From Takakia lepidozioides (taxonomy: Eukaryota > Plantae > Bryophyta): 64,000 nucleotides of DNA. Made by a program: the position numbers and the translations under genes. A model generated the notes under the pieces. That model had not been told where the DNA came from, did not search any database, and was given only the letters and a program-made list of their open reading frames with translations. Shown one piece after another: positions 13,271 to 35,228 of this stretch. The stretch covers positions 14,446,001 through 14,510,000 of the forward strand of contig CM060733.1 in the NCBI GenBank assembly GCA_030704615.1, written 5' to 3'. Positions within the stretch are counted from its first letter, which is position 1. Each line of letters begins with the position of its first letter.

Positions 13271-14569
13271 ATTACCGGCTGGGATGAACAGGATGCTGCA
13301 ACTTATGTGTTGCTATCAAACATCTTTGCCACAGCTGGCAGGTGGGACGCACTGCAAAGGTGAGAGAATGATGAAGGTCAGAGGGGTTAGAAAGAAGCGG
13401 GGTTTGCTGCTGCATTGAGGTTTGGCCGACAACGACTTCAAAATTTGAGACCAGCTTGTATTCACTCTCGTTTCACACTCTCGTTTTACTGTTCGAGTGT
13501 TTGACAAGTTTGGCAAACAAAGGCAAGCAACTCCATCACCTAGGGAGTATCCTTGGAGCCATACTGGGGTGGATTCATGGCTCCGTAGGATTGGGGTTCG
13601 TATCCACCAGGCCAAAAGCTTGCCAAAGCGCAAGTACACAGTTGAGATTGAATCCAGCCTGAAAACACTACCGAAGCCAGATACTAATGTTCCACACAAT
13701 GTAACTAACATGATGAAGTCATTCCCAATGAAACATAACTTGATCGCAATTTTTTGGAAGAGAGCATGCTTTACCGAGGGTGTTTAAGCACTGTGGGTGC
13801 ACAGAGGCGTTCTAGAGCATGTAGACCTGGGTGATTTGAGTGTTATTGTTTGAAGTGTAAAGTCTGTCATCATGGGCAAAATGCATGTCAAAATATTTTT
13901 CTTGGTGAAACAGCCGCATCATTAGAGGGGTATCACAGTTTGGCAGATCACTATGATCAAACTTAGTGGGGTCTAACACGACTGTGAAGGGAATCTGGAC
14001 TGATGATATGATGCATCTGAAATATCTGGATCGTCTACGCAGCACTATGGGGTGGTTGAACACTAGTAGGATGCTGGCGGTAACAGTTTTGATGACCTGT
14101 GGTGTTGCCATGTAAGTGACAAAGTGCCCCTATCCAGTGCATACCTGTGGGGTGATATTAGACTGGAATCTGGGCAGTAGAGCATCTTAGTGAGATTATT
14201 AAGCATTTGGACTCGGCATTGTTTTCTCTTCCACTGCAGCGACACGGTATCTGAACTTCTGCTAATGGAGTGGCTTTTGGGTTACAGTGACCCTCATTTT
14301 CACCTCACACCTGACTGGGCATTCCCACTCCAGGTCCACTTAGTCATGCAGGAGGCTTCATGTCATGCAGTGTTGGGCTGTGGAGCTGAAAGAGGGATCC
14401 CTGTTGGCAATGCGCATGGATGGAATCCCTTGCTGCTATGGCGCCTCGCCAACCTTGTCTTTTGTGCAGCTTAGGAGAAACAAATGTACTCTGGGGAAAG
14501 AAGCGAAAGCACCAGGGATAGTTAGACAAGGTAGATAATTGGTAAAACTTGCATGTAGGTCAACACTGG

Positions 14570-16100
14570 AGCTTGGAACAGCACTGGCAGGAGTTCTATG
14601 AAGATCCTTCACAATGCTAGGACTATAGTGTTGGAATCTCGCTTTGCTCTGCAAATCTGCTTTCAAATTTGGGGCTTTGGTTCTATCCTCCTTGGGTGAA
14701 AGAAAAATTAGTTGCCATGCCACAAGATCGAGAACAGTTTGGTGATGGTGGAAAGATATCAGGGTGCGGTTCTGATTCTGGTGTAGATGGTGGAGCTCCT
14801 TCAAGCTTGCAGATGAAAGGTGAATGACTCACAGTGACCTGATTAGAGGGGCATCCTGGTTTTGCTTAGCATCTGTGTAAGTTTGGACGTGTTTGTATGT
14901 TCCTCATTGTGTAGAGTCCAGTGGAGCCCAAAGTGAGTTGCATGAATGTTGTTGTGAGCTCACCAGCACTCCTCCATAAAGGAACTGTTCAGGCATGAAG
15001 GTCTACTGTGGAGCATGGAGCAGCACTGGCATGAGTTTTCTAAAGATCCTTCACAATGGTGGGCAATGGCAATCACAAGGTGTGGCTTTCTTAATGTCTG
15101 ATGAATTCTGCAAAAGTGGGCTCTTCCTGCAGTATGATGATGTTATTTTCCTTGGTATTTACAAGGTACTTGGGAGGGTCAGCTTGGTCTTTAGAGGCGG
15201 TGTTAAATCTATGGCTGCTCAGCCATAGATGGTGGTTCTCAATGGTGGTTCTCACAGACCAATCCAAGATCACCTCTACAGACACAGGCAGCACACACGA
15301 AAGGTCATTTGGGTTGATGGTTGGTTGGATCCTTCATGGGTGAAAGTAAAGCTAGCTGCTTTCACAACACAAAATCAAGGACTGTGTGGTGAGGCACCTT
15401 CTTCTTCAACACATTTTGGCCTGTTTTACCCTCTCATCAGAGTTATGCCTCATTTTTCATGTTGAATTCTGCAAGTTAGCTTGTTGGGTGGATCTATGGT
15501 GGTTTGGACTGATTTTGATATGTTGCTGCCAATGTGGCAACAGGCAGTTATCCAAAACAGGAGACGAGGAAAAGCTTTGGAAGGAAATTCTTGGGACCCC
15601 AGTCAATGGTGGGACAATCGAGGCAAAAAGGTGAATGCCTATAAAATTACAGAAAAGTGGACAACAAGATGCATCGCAATGATTTCTTGGAAATTGTCAT
15701 CCTCTCTCTCCCCAGCACATTTTGAAAGTAATTCAGCATAGGAACTAGTCTGTGATAAGTAGGGTTGGGGTGTTTGCTAGAGAAATTTAGGTCGTCATTG
15801 TCAGCTGCTAGCAACAAGGGAGAGTCCATTATTGGCCGAGGCAGGAATAGCTTAAGGAGCAGGGATGGAGTGTGGGTCCAGATTCATCTGAGAGGGACAG
15901 ATTTCAAGCACAAGATCACCTATGAATCCCTGTGGATTGATAACCTGCGTGGGTAGATGGTCAACTGGAAGCAGCAGCAGCTGCACATTTGATAAAATCA
16001 GGCACCTCCACCATGACCACAGATTCCAAAAGAGGACCAAGAGAGGGAATTCATAATACCTCTTCCAGCACTTCTGGGCTTGTGAGGATGCTATGTTGTG
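14570..16100 (+). pseudogene. Decayed N-terminal region of a PDF-motif (OSB-type ssDNA-binding) / PPR gene: PDF half-motifs, putative targeting-peptide exon and PPR linker
   Basis: LEQHWQEFYEDPSQC*DY (14573), MEQHWHEFSKDPSQWW (15015), TNPRSP..YRH..TRKVIWVDGWLDPSWVKVKLAA (15258-15360), DEEKLWKE..DPSQWWDNRGKK (15563-15630), TDFKHKITYESLWIDN..PAWVDGQLEAAA (15897-15980). Confidence 0.8.
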
Positions 16101-17377
16101 TCCTTTCTCCTATGACTAAGGTTTGAGCACCTTTAGTTAATCCATCTGTGAAGATTATGATTTGAACAGTATGGCTGGAGAAGGGTCTAGATATTGAAGA
16201 TCAATGGATTTTGTCAATAGTAGCACTTCTTTCAGCGTCTTTCCCGACTCTCGTTTATTTACTGAGATGTAACTGTACAATGCAGAGGTCATGAGAATGT
16301 CAACGACAGCAGTCAAGATGTGTGGGGAAGAATTGGGCTCCCATGTGGCCGTGGCTGGTGGGTGCACTTGTGGCTGTGGGTCCCATTGGATGCAGATCTG
16401 GGCATGACATGCAGGAGCAGGAGGTGCTGTTACTGATCTCTCTCATTTATAGTTGGCAGTGCCCACGCCAAAAATTCCCATGCTCTTTGCACTCAAGGTC
16501 TTGAATTTCCATAAGGAGAAGTCTTTCCCACCAAACTTGTCTATGTAGCCCTATGGGCCCATCGGTAACCAACCCCATCATGATAAGCAGCTAGCACCTT
16601 GACACAGTAAGGGTGTAGACAGTATTAATGCACATGAATTGACCATAGATGATGCTTTTTTATGCTACAACTCTGATCGAACAAGTATATTGTTGACCTT
16701 AAATTTGAGAATGCAGGGAAGGTACTGAATTCGAAAGATTGAATGTCAAGATTGCACAAAGCTGTTTCGTATGTGAACTTCTATATTTGCCAGTTTTCAC
16801 TAGAAGTTACTTTTAGATCAGGTCCACCTACCAAATTTTGGTGAGGTGATTGAGTCGAGAAATCAACTGAAGTACACTGGTTCTATTTTAACAAGATACT
16901 TGCAACCCTGAGAAGTTCTCTTATGTACTGCATGACACATAGTTTCCCTTGTGGGTAACTGGCCCCTTCCAGGATGAGCTGCATTTGCTGCATCAGAACC
17001 AGTGCTGACACACGTAGGATTCCATGGTGGACTTCGAATTCTGACAATTCCTTCTTGCATTTCGGGCTATCTACTCTGGACAATTTTAATGTACACAAGC
17101 CCTAGGAGTGGATTGTGAAGGAAGGTGCAATTCCTAAATTACACATGTTCAGAATCTTTGGCATTTCACAATATAAAAGGTTATGTCCAAGCTGATCCAT
17201 CTCCACCTCAACTGGTGCAAATTGGTTCTGATTCCTCGTGAGACTTCTAATGCAGAAAATTTCCGTTCTCTGAAATGGAATCAGCAGATGTAACTGAAGA
17301 TGATGCTGAATTTCAAACTTGTAGCTAAGCGGTTTTGCTGCAAAAATGGTAAAGGCGTGACTAGTGCAAGTCTCAAG

Positions 17378-20300
17378 TTACTTATAGCTGGAGCCCTCCA
17401 GACCTGTGATTCTCAACATTTCCACTACTTGTCTCATTGTGGGTCTTTGAGAAGGAGACTCTGTGGTACAAAGCAATGCGATCTTCAGCAGTAGTAGAAA
17501 CTGTTTTCCTTTGGAGCCCTGCATGTCACCCAAAAGGTTGGCATCCATGAGCACTGTGTGCCACACCGTTTCCTGTGATTCTGTAGCACAGTGCTTTGCC
17601 CACTGCACGAGATCTTCTCCAGAAAAATCTGTATGAGCTGCATGTCGCCCAGTCAAGACCTCGAGGGCGACCACGCCAAAGCTGTAGACATCGCTTTTCT
17701 CCGAAACTCTGGTAGAGTAGGCGCATTCTGTAGTCACACACACTGCACAGTTGAGAAGGATTGTCGTGTTTAACTCTCATAAGAAGCACCTGGAAGCAGT
17801 CCTATTCAGGTCATCACACCATTGCAAAGCTCAGATGTGATGCTCAAACACGCTTTCGGAAAGCTCCAATTGAAGATTTGAGAATCTCTTTAACTAGCAA
17901 GATACGTACCGGGAGCTATGTAACCATATGAACCAGCGATCCGTGACTGAGACATTGAATCGCCGTTCCCTTCTATCAGCTTTGCCAGGCCGAAGTCGGT
18001 GATTTGGGGCTCCAAAACAGTATCCAGTAGGATATTACTGGGCTTGACATCGCGGTGGAGAATGCGGGGAACAGAGTCGTAGTGCAAGTAGACCAACCCT
18101 TGGGCCATACCCTTCAGAATCCTGAACCTTGTATCCCAGTTAAGTGAAGCTAATTTGGCTTTGTCTCGGAGGAATGACTCGAGGCTTCCATTGGGAATGT
18201 AGTTGTAAATGATGTAAGCGGACGTCTCATGTTTACAGTGACCAAGAATCTTCACAATATTTCTGTGGCGAATTTTCCCTGCAGTCTGTAGTTCTCTTAT
18301 GAAGCTGTCGCAACTCGCTTGCTTCCCGTCGCCGAAAGATATCTGTTTGATAGCAAGAACTTCACCATTAGGAAAATTCGCTTTGTAGACTCTCCCAAAA
18401 CCTCCTTTCCCAAGCAACTGATCTTCACTGAAGCATTTGGTGGCCTCCCAAATGTCAGTGTACGAAAAGTTGGAGTCCGGTTCCGGAGAGGCTCCCACAT
18501 CCACCGCTGCCACAGCGCGGCTCCATCTTCGGCAAAACCAGATTGCGAATAAGCATGCAAGAGCAAAAGCGGAGGCTATCAGTATACCTGCAATTGTAAG
18601 GTTCCGCCTGAGCGTATGGTCGTCATCTTTCTCGGCGATGGTTTTGCAATGCTGCGGTAGAACGGCACCACACAGCCCTGGGTTTCCAATGAAGGAGCTA
18701 CTGTTTTCGAAGATTCGCCCAGTTGGAAGGGGCCCCGAAAGGTTGTTGTAGGAAACGTTCAGTAATTGGAGACTAGTCATGTCACCTATCTCCGTAGGAA
18801 TCTGACCGGAGAACTGGTTGTGGGACAGGTCCAGAACTTGTAGCATCGTCAAGCTCCCAACATCGGTTGGAATATCACCTGTAAAGAAGTTGTGACTAAG
18901 ATTCAGTGAGCTCTGAAGGCTTTGCATCTTTCCTAGAAAACCCTCAGGGATAGGCACCTGCAGCCGATTTGCCCCCAACTGCAACTGCAGCAAACTCTGT
19001 AGATTACCAAAAGACTCTGGAATCTGCCCAGTGAGTTGATTATTTTGAAGCTCAAGATTTTGCAAGCTGCTCAGGTTGCCCAATTCTGATGGAATCGCGC
19101 TGCTCAGATTGTTGTGACTAAGATCCAAGTCGTTGAGATTGCTACAATTTCCAAGCTCTGGAGGGATCTTCCCACTCAGGTAGGATGCAGATTGAATCTG
19201 TGGAGCTTCATGAGCTGGCCTACCGTCGATGGAATTGCTCCTGAGAGATTGTTGTGGTCAAGCAGCAAAGTGCTCACATTGCTGCAGAGGGCAATCTCCG
19301 CTGGAATTTCGCCTTCCAGATTATTCCCATGAAGGGCAAGATAGTACAAGTTCTCTTTGTTGTTCCCAAACTCACGGGGGACGGTGCCATTAAGGCTGTT
19401 GTTGTCGATAAGCAATCGCGTAAGGCTGGTGCAGCCTGCTACTTCCGATGGAATGTTCCCTGAGAGATTGTTGGAGTCCAGCTCGAGTATCATGGACGAC
19501 ATCCCCGAACGGCAGAGGTTGGGAGGTATTGAACCACTGAGGCTATTGTTGGAGAGAATGACCACGGAGAGGTTCTGAAGCCTGCCCAAGTCGTATGGAA
19601 TTTCCCCGGTCAGGTAGTTGTTGTCCAGCCACAACATCTGTAGCATCGTCAGATTGGCGAATTCGGACGGGATGCCTCCGGTGAGATTGTTGTGCGACAG
19701 GACGACGGAGCTAAGGGAGCTGCAATTTCCAATGGCGGAAGGGATGGCACCACTCAAATGGTTAAAATCCAGAGCTAGCAAATTAAGTACTTTTATCTGA
19801 CAAAGTTCGGCAGGTATACTTCCATTGAGAGAGTTGTCGTTGAGCTCCAGCGTATCCAGGTTTCTACAGTTCCCCAGTTGTGGCGGAATCGGTCCCACAA
19901 GATTATTGGAATAAAGAGAGAGTCTAGTAAGATTCACACAGTTTCCCAACCCAGCTGGAATGTCCCCTGAAAGACTATTGTTATTTAGAAATAGCCTTTC
20001 TAAGCTGATCAGCTTACCAAATGTATCTGGGATTGGCCCCTTCAACTGGTTGTTCCATAACCGCAATTTCTGTAAGTTGGTGAGGTTTCCAAGCTCTGCG
20101 GGTATGATACCAGACAAGGGATTCGAAGTAATGTACAGAATCTGTAATCTAGACAACTGCCCAAGGCTGGAAGGAATAGACCCTGTGAAAGAATTTTGAC
20201 TCAAGTCCAAGTACTGGAGCTCGCGGAGCTCGGAAAGCCATGGAGGAATAGCCCCTGTGAAATTGTTGGCGCTTAGGTCCAAGTATTCAAGCTTTCGAAG

Positions 20301-20813
20301 GTTGGAGAGCTCCAAGGGGATGCCTTCCTTGAGTTCCAGGCCGTTCTGCCCCGACAGGTCCAACGTTGTCAAATTTAGAAGCTTTCCTAGAGAGCTTGGA
20401 ATTTTCCCTGATAGGCTGTTACTACCTAATTGAACCACGAGTAGGTTTGTGCAGTTGCCAATCTCTGGAGGGATGTTGCCCGTGAGAAAATTACTGGTGA
20501 GGCTCAGATTTTGCAGGGCTGCCAGGTCGCCAATACTAGGGGAGATGGTTCCAGATATGTTGGTGGAGGCGAGATTAAGAACAATCACTTGACGAGTATG
20601 AGGGTTGCATGTGACCCCTGTCCATGAACAGGGGTCTGCCTCTGACGCATTCCAGTCTCTCAGTACAGCTCCATTAGAATCTCGTATCGCACGTCGGAAC
20701 TTAAGAAGTGACTGACCATCCTTGGACAACCCACATACCTCCCGTATCCTAGTAAAAAGCAGTAAACCCACAACTAGATTCGATAGAAGGCAAGTCACTG
20801 ATTGAAATTTCAT
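17378..20813 (-). pseudogene. LRR receptor-like kinase (subfamily XI-like), exons 20813-17910 and 17727-17378, with a single frameshift at ~19183
   Basis: Signal peptide, LRRNT (WNASEADPCSWTGVTC), >20 plant LRRs, GNPGLCG cap, TM helix, and RD kinase (GKGGFG, AIK, HRDVKPSN, DFG, GYIAP|E with the typical intron). The two ORFs (19176-20813, 17890-19128) join if 4 bp are restored. Confidence 0.9.
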
Positions 20814-23800
20814 CGCGAATGTATGGCCGGCTGATGGGAAGTCACCAATCTAGCAGAAGTGAAAGAAGACGGATACGTACAGCAAGGAAGGGAAAGCCAA
20901 GAGGCTGACGTGCCAGTTCAAGACATGAGTAAGAGCAGGGAGATCCGCAAACCCAAAGACGCGGGAATATAGAAGAAGTGATGGACGTCTTTGAGATAAT
21001 TCGGCGAGATTTCATGATCTAGAGCTAGCGACGAGACGTTGGGAAAGAAAGAATGAGAGCCTGATCCTAAACTTTGTTATACAGAAGGTCCGTCCAGCTC
21101 GAGTGAGATCCAGAGGACGAGAGTGAGAATACTTGCGAAATTAGACAGCCGAGTGTTAGACGCGCGAAGTAAGGAGACATCTGATCCTATCAATGCTTTG
21201 GAAGCAGCTAGAAGCTTGCAATGTCATGAAGAATTCCCCGAGACAGCCTCTCTACATTGTCCTGTAGGTCTTCCCGAGCTCACCATCAAGTACCTTGCTG
21301 CCTCCCAAGTAATAACTGGAGTCCTAGAGCCCTCCTCTATAAACCCTGGTGTCAGTCAGATCAGGACGTAATGGCTTTCCTCACACGGAGAGACAGGAGC
21401 GTCAGCTCCATGCTCCATAGTCAAAACAAGGCGGGTCTAATTTTCGCTGTGGCCCTCCATCACACGAGCCGCGGAGTGGAGGGATCCTTTTTCGCAGCAG
21501 TTGTCTTGCCCACAGGCTGCTTCTGAGAACCTGGGCTACCGTCTGGGTAGTCAAGTGTAGGGTATATTTTTATGGAAGGTACTGCAAACTGATGTGTAAC
21601 ATCAGTCAATAGTTTGAGAATAAAAATAGTGCGGAGTGGACATCTAGAGGCTGTCCAAATAAATACTTTGCATGTGGGCCCGCATACAGAGAGGAAGACT
21701 CGAAGACCCCTGCGCCCAAGCAAGTGGAAGAAACCGTAGCTTATGGTGTCACGAGTCACGACCCCAAAGGTGACACCATCCCCAAAAGGCTCGTCTTCCA
21801 TGTGGTAGGTGGACAACAGTGTTGGACAAGTGTACTGACAAGAAACTGCTATCAATAATATATGACTAGTATGAAGTATCGGACCTGCCTGGTATCAGCT
21901 AACGCCACTATATCCGTATTGGCCCAGTATGTATTGTGTTTACTGTAGTAATACTCTAGTGATACCTACCAGCCTGGTAAGTGGTTGAAAATTTGGTGCT
22001 TGATACCACTATCAAATCCACTGTGTGAGGAAAAACCTAGGTATGGGTATCGCCGGGGCACTCGACCATAGCAAGGCCAATAGTGCTTTGTTGGGCCTGG
22101 TCTTGGGGCAGGAGTCTTGGGTCTTGGGTCTTGGAATACGCTGATACAATACAACAAAATATGTATTTAGATTTGAGATGGAGGTGTTTTTTGAGAGACA
22201 GGATCGCCTATGTGATAGTTCTAAGTACCTGCATTTGATGTTTTGCAAGTATATGGTATCGAAATTATAAGTCCAACTGCTCCTGTCCAAGAGTTGGATG
22301 CTGTGTAAGTGTCATTATGTAAATGTTAATGTGCTTTAGTACAACCTCCCCAACTGTTAATTGTATAAATGTTATTCTCTTACTCCCGATCGTTAACATT
22401 TATCCAACTGTACCCGTTGAGGTCGCAATTTTGTGTAAGTAACTAGGGTATGGTAGTTGGGCCTTGGCAACATGTCAAAGATAGAGTGGAACCGTGACAT
22501 CTTCAAGGACTGAAGTGGAAAATTATAACTGTCTCCATGAACCTCCTGGCTACAGCCAATTTGGCTGATGTAAGCCATCAGGCTTCTACACACCACCTTA
22601 TAAGCGTATCTAAATCCAACCCTATGCTAAGTTTAGGGCGCTGCCAGCGGACCCTTGTACTCTCTCGAGCAGGTGGCCAAAACGAATCATCTTTAACAGT
22701 CGCTACACTACTTAACTCGCGCTAGCTAATGAAGTTAGCTGCCCTATTTAGCAGCGCTGCCATTTAACTATGGGACGGCCAGGGGCTGCCTGATCCCATG
22801 GTCAGGTAGAAGAGTTAGGCAGGTAAGTTCTCGTTGACTGAGAAAAGCAGTCGCACAGTCAAAGGTGAAATTGACTGCACAGGTGGCAGATGTCCAATGG
22901 CCCTTCATGGCACTTCCATCCACGAAAAGGTTGCTGCTCATTTTCCATCCATGAATGAAGGAATCCTCCACCCCCAGTATGCCCTTGATTGTGGTCAGCG
23001 TAGCCGAAAGAAGAAGAAGAGAGTGAGTGGGCCCCAAGTTCTGAGATTGTAGCATCGCGTGCTGCATCGATTGTTCCAAGCAAAACAAGCTCGTGGCTGT
23101 ATACTGCGATGACAGGCTCTCCATGTGTGGTTATTCGAAGGAGAGCGTTGAAGAGCCTGTAGGTCCTGCATGTGAGCAGAACCATGCTGTGTAGATGCAA
23201 TAGTGGCAGATTTGGGCTGTAAATCTCGGAGTGGGCGATGGGCACCTGGAAACTCACTAATAGAGTCAGATTCTATAGAGCTGCAACTTGCCCACCGATC
23301 ATTACCGACATATAAATTGCATACATATAGTTTGACGTATGGTATGAAATGTAGCAACTGCAAGTGGGCCTGGCCCACCCGCCACCCGGACCCCTCACAC
23401 ACGAAGCCCTTCAATGGGCGCGGATTGGGGGTACGGCCACATTTCTGTTGAGGATTGGCTCTCCAACAGACTGGGCATTGGGATTTGGAGCTTCACGGAA
23501 AGTCATGGATGGCAGTGCCGGATTTTAGGTAGGTATGGCTGGATTCCGTGGCTTCAGAAGCATCTGGAAGGAAGGTGTAGCAACGTAGCAACGACTTTGA
23601 ATTGACCACGTGCTAGTGGTGATTAGGGAAGAAATTTGTAGAGTAGTTAATCTAGTTTAATTTGAATGTGCTTGATTTGTGGATGATTTGACTATTGCAA
23701 CTTGTGCTATATCAAAAAATAAAAATAAAAAATGCAATTTCCGCGGTTGCATATATACCTGCCAGGTTGGTTGCAGAACTTGGGTATATAGTCTAACCGG

Positions 23801-25172
23801 GTAGTATCCCCCAATGCAAGATTCATGACCCAAGACCTGTCACCTTTTTGGCCATATCTTTTCAAATTCTTTACTCTATATGTTCCTGTCTACATCCTCT
23901 ATCTCCACAAAAATTTCATAGATGATCAATTGTAAGCTATGATGCTACAGGGAGGCGGCAAATCCACCCGCATAGGGGATTCCACCCAGCTGAGGATCTC
24001 CAAACTGGAGCCAAAACGAAGGGAACAGAACTTGGAATGAATAGATTAATTATAGAAGGAGAGAGATACCCTTCGCAGTTTTGTTTGATCCTCAAAGCAT
24101 AGGCATCGCTCTAGATAATATGGCTAAATCTTACTTCTGACAGGACTGAGTCGTTAGTTGCTACGGATGCTCATTTAATTTGCAATCGCTCCTTGGGCCT
24201 TGAGCGGGACTTTTAAAAACTGAAGATTCCCAGCTGAAGCTCCTCCAACTTGGACTTCACGAATATTCGAAGTGGCTGACCCAAATGCCAAAACAAAACA
24301 GTAACACAGCTGGCACTCTCAGTATGTAGCCCAACTATCCCTAAATTTTCCGAATTTTTGGGCAAGTTCTTGATGTACCTCTTTTGTAGTAGTGATCTAC
24401 AGGGAGGCCCGTGCAGAAATCAGAGATTTTTGGCATGTAGTTGTAGTTGTGGAACTAATGTTCTAGGTTCTATCCTAGATGCTGCCTCCCCTCCAGCTGC
24501 TATGATAAAGTGGGTACACGGAGTTCATAGTTCAGATCTGTCTTAGAAAAGAGGAGGACCGACTCTAGAGGAACACCCGAATCTAGCACACAGGAAGCTA
24601 GGCATGTGCAGGCACACATAGTATACTGCGGGAACTGGGAAAGTATCACAGGAATCCGACTGATGAGCCACACCTTATTAGGTATACAGTACAAGACACC
24701 AACGTCTCTACTGATGGCCCGGCCACACATGGCAAAAGGCCCCGTTCTGAGGACGCACTGAACGCTTGGACCCCCGGACCATCAGGCCCCCGGACGTTGG
24801 TGGAGGGCAGCTGCGTTGCGGCCACACTGCCTGCCGTCCCCCAATGCGTCGAATAGGTGGCAAACTAGGAGTGAGTGAGATCCCGTGCGTTCAGCTGCGT
24901 TCGGCTGCATAACGCAGTTCTCCTCGCTTCTCCAAACTCGGTTGCCCGGAGGCAGCGGCGCCAGCCTAGGGACGGGCTGACATCCCTGCGCGCCGAGCTC
25001 CCGCCTTACGGGAGCTGCGTTCCGCGGACGCATTTGCCATGTGTGGCCCTACGCTGGCCACCACCTAGAGTGCTCCCACCCCCTCGGATCTCATTTGAGT
25101 CCGGTCGCTTGGCATCGGTTGCCTAGAGAAGGACCCCTTTTCCAGCCCTTCTCTGGGAACGAGTCAGGCAAG

Positions 25173-29479
<4,307 letters not shown>

Positions 29480-30469
29480 GATTTACACTTACAGTAGGAG
29501 AGTTAGCAAGCAGATGCCACCTTCTCCGAGATGGAGCCTAGTCACATAATGCATACTAGGGACTGATGAACTTCTCATGAAACAGATGCGCAAATCACTG
29601 CAGTGACTTCTTAATTCCTCACAGATCTAGCTGTTGCAGACCTTGTCATCAAGCTCAGCTTCATGTAGTAATAAGTGGGCCCATATTGGTTCTCAAACCA
29701 ATATATCTGTAACCATATCGCATTAACAAGGATCTTAAACATTACACATGCTCAGCTTCCCCACTCATAACCCCTAATGCAAAGGTCAAATGACTGTCGC
29801 AATTAAAAACATTGGCAGGCGAATCAAGAGACCTTCAAGCGTGCCAGTAAGATCCCTGCAAAATACTTGCTTCACTGAAGAATCCTTTCCCCATCCTCAC
29901 TAGGATGTCCTGGTTATGATGTTTTATTCACAGATGCGCAAACGAAAGCCAACTGACCATCAGCTTCACCACAATATCTGCACCAACGCTCGCCTTCTCA
30001 TCTTCATGCCAGCTGTCGTAATATCAAAAGATACTCAATCTTCCTGTGGCAAATGATTACCTCTGGAGGCTACATCATTTCAGATTCCAATATAGCCGTT
30101 TCCTAAAAATTAATGAAGCCTCATAATGGTAAATACTGAAGCCCCGTATGATCACTAGCAACTGAAATTACAGTCCACTAGATCTGGTTTCAAAGGTCAA
30201 TGTCTGGAGAGCAAAACCCTGGGTTCATGTGGATACACTCTGTTCTTGGGGAAGTAATGAAGTAAGCAACTTGCCCCGTCATAGTCAAAGCGTTCAGCAT
30301 CGACAACATGTCAAAGCTGCGTCAGAAGTGTGGGGGACCCCGGTAAGAATGGAATGCTCTCCCGAGCACAAAAATCCGTGAGTCTGGTACCTCTCTCTAA
30401 CCCGCTCCAACATTTGGAGATGGAGTAGTGATGTGACAATATGATGCAAGGTACCTGTCTTTTACGCCT

Positions 30470-34720
<4,251 letters not shown>

Positions 34721-35145
34721 GGCACCCTCCTTAACCAGCCATACACATGTAGACCAAAGAGATTAGTGATGTTAGTCCTTGAACCGTAATACTTATGAGG
34801 AAAGCAAAGCAGACATGACAGAAAGTCAGTTGCAGACTTCTGGAGACAGTTGATCTTCAAAAGGACCTGCCACCATAAATACCCTAATCACCTAGGCCTG
34901 AAGCCTGAATACCATGAAACTCCAATGTTGCTAGTCAGAAAGACATAAAGCTCAACTCTCCCACAACAGTAAAGATAACATGCTGAGCTTAAGACACAGT
35001 AGTAACAAAACACTCAGAGAAACCTCTAACAGAGAACATGGATGATTCAAACAGATATGATCATTCAATAATTGGCTCAATCAACACATTATGACACCTC
35101 CCAAACAGGAAAAATATGAATACGCATAGACAGGAAGAAAGTATC

Positions 35146-35228
35146 GGAGAGAGAAGACTCCGGCCAAAGCAGGCGTAACTAAGAGCCACTTCGCCTTGCG
35201 GCTACTACCCCCTTTCAGGGGAGGGCCC
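35146..35228 (-). mobile_element. Short retroposed copy of the LINE 3' terminal unit (SINE-like)
   Basis: Homologous to 63659-63742; TC-rich tail; flanked by TSD AGAAAGTATC (35136-35145) / AGAAAGCATC (35229-35238). Confidence 0.85.

Noticed and set aside
21100-24000. Short ORFs and GGTCTTG repeats upstream of the LRR-RLK
   Set aside because: Probably transposon debris, but no domain, TIR pair or TSD could be supported.
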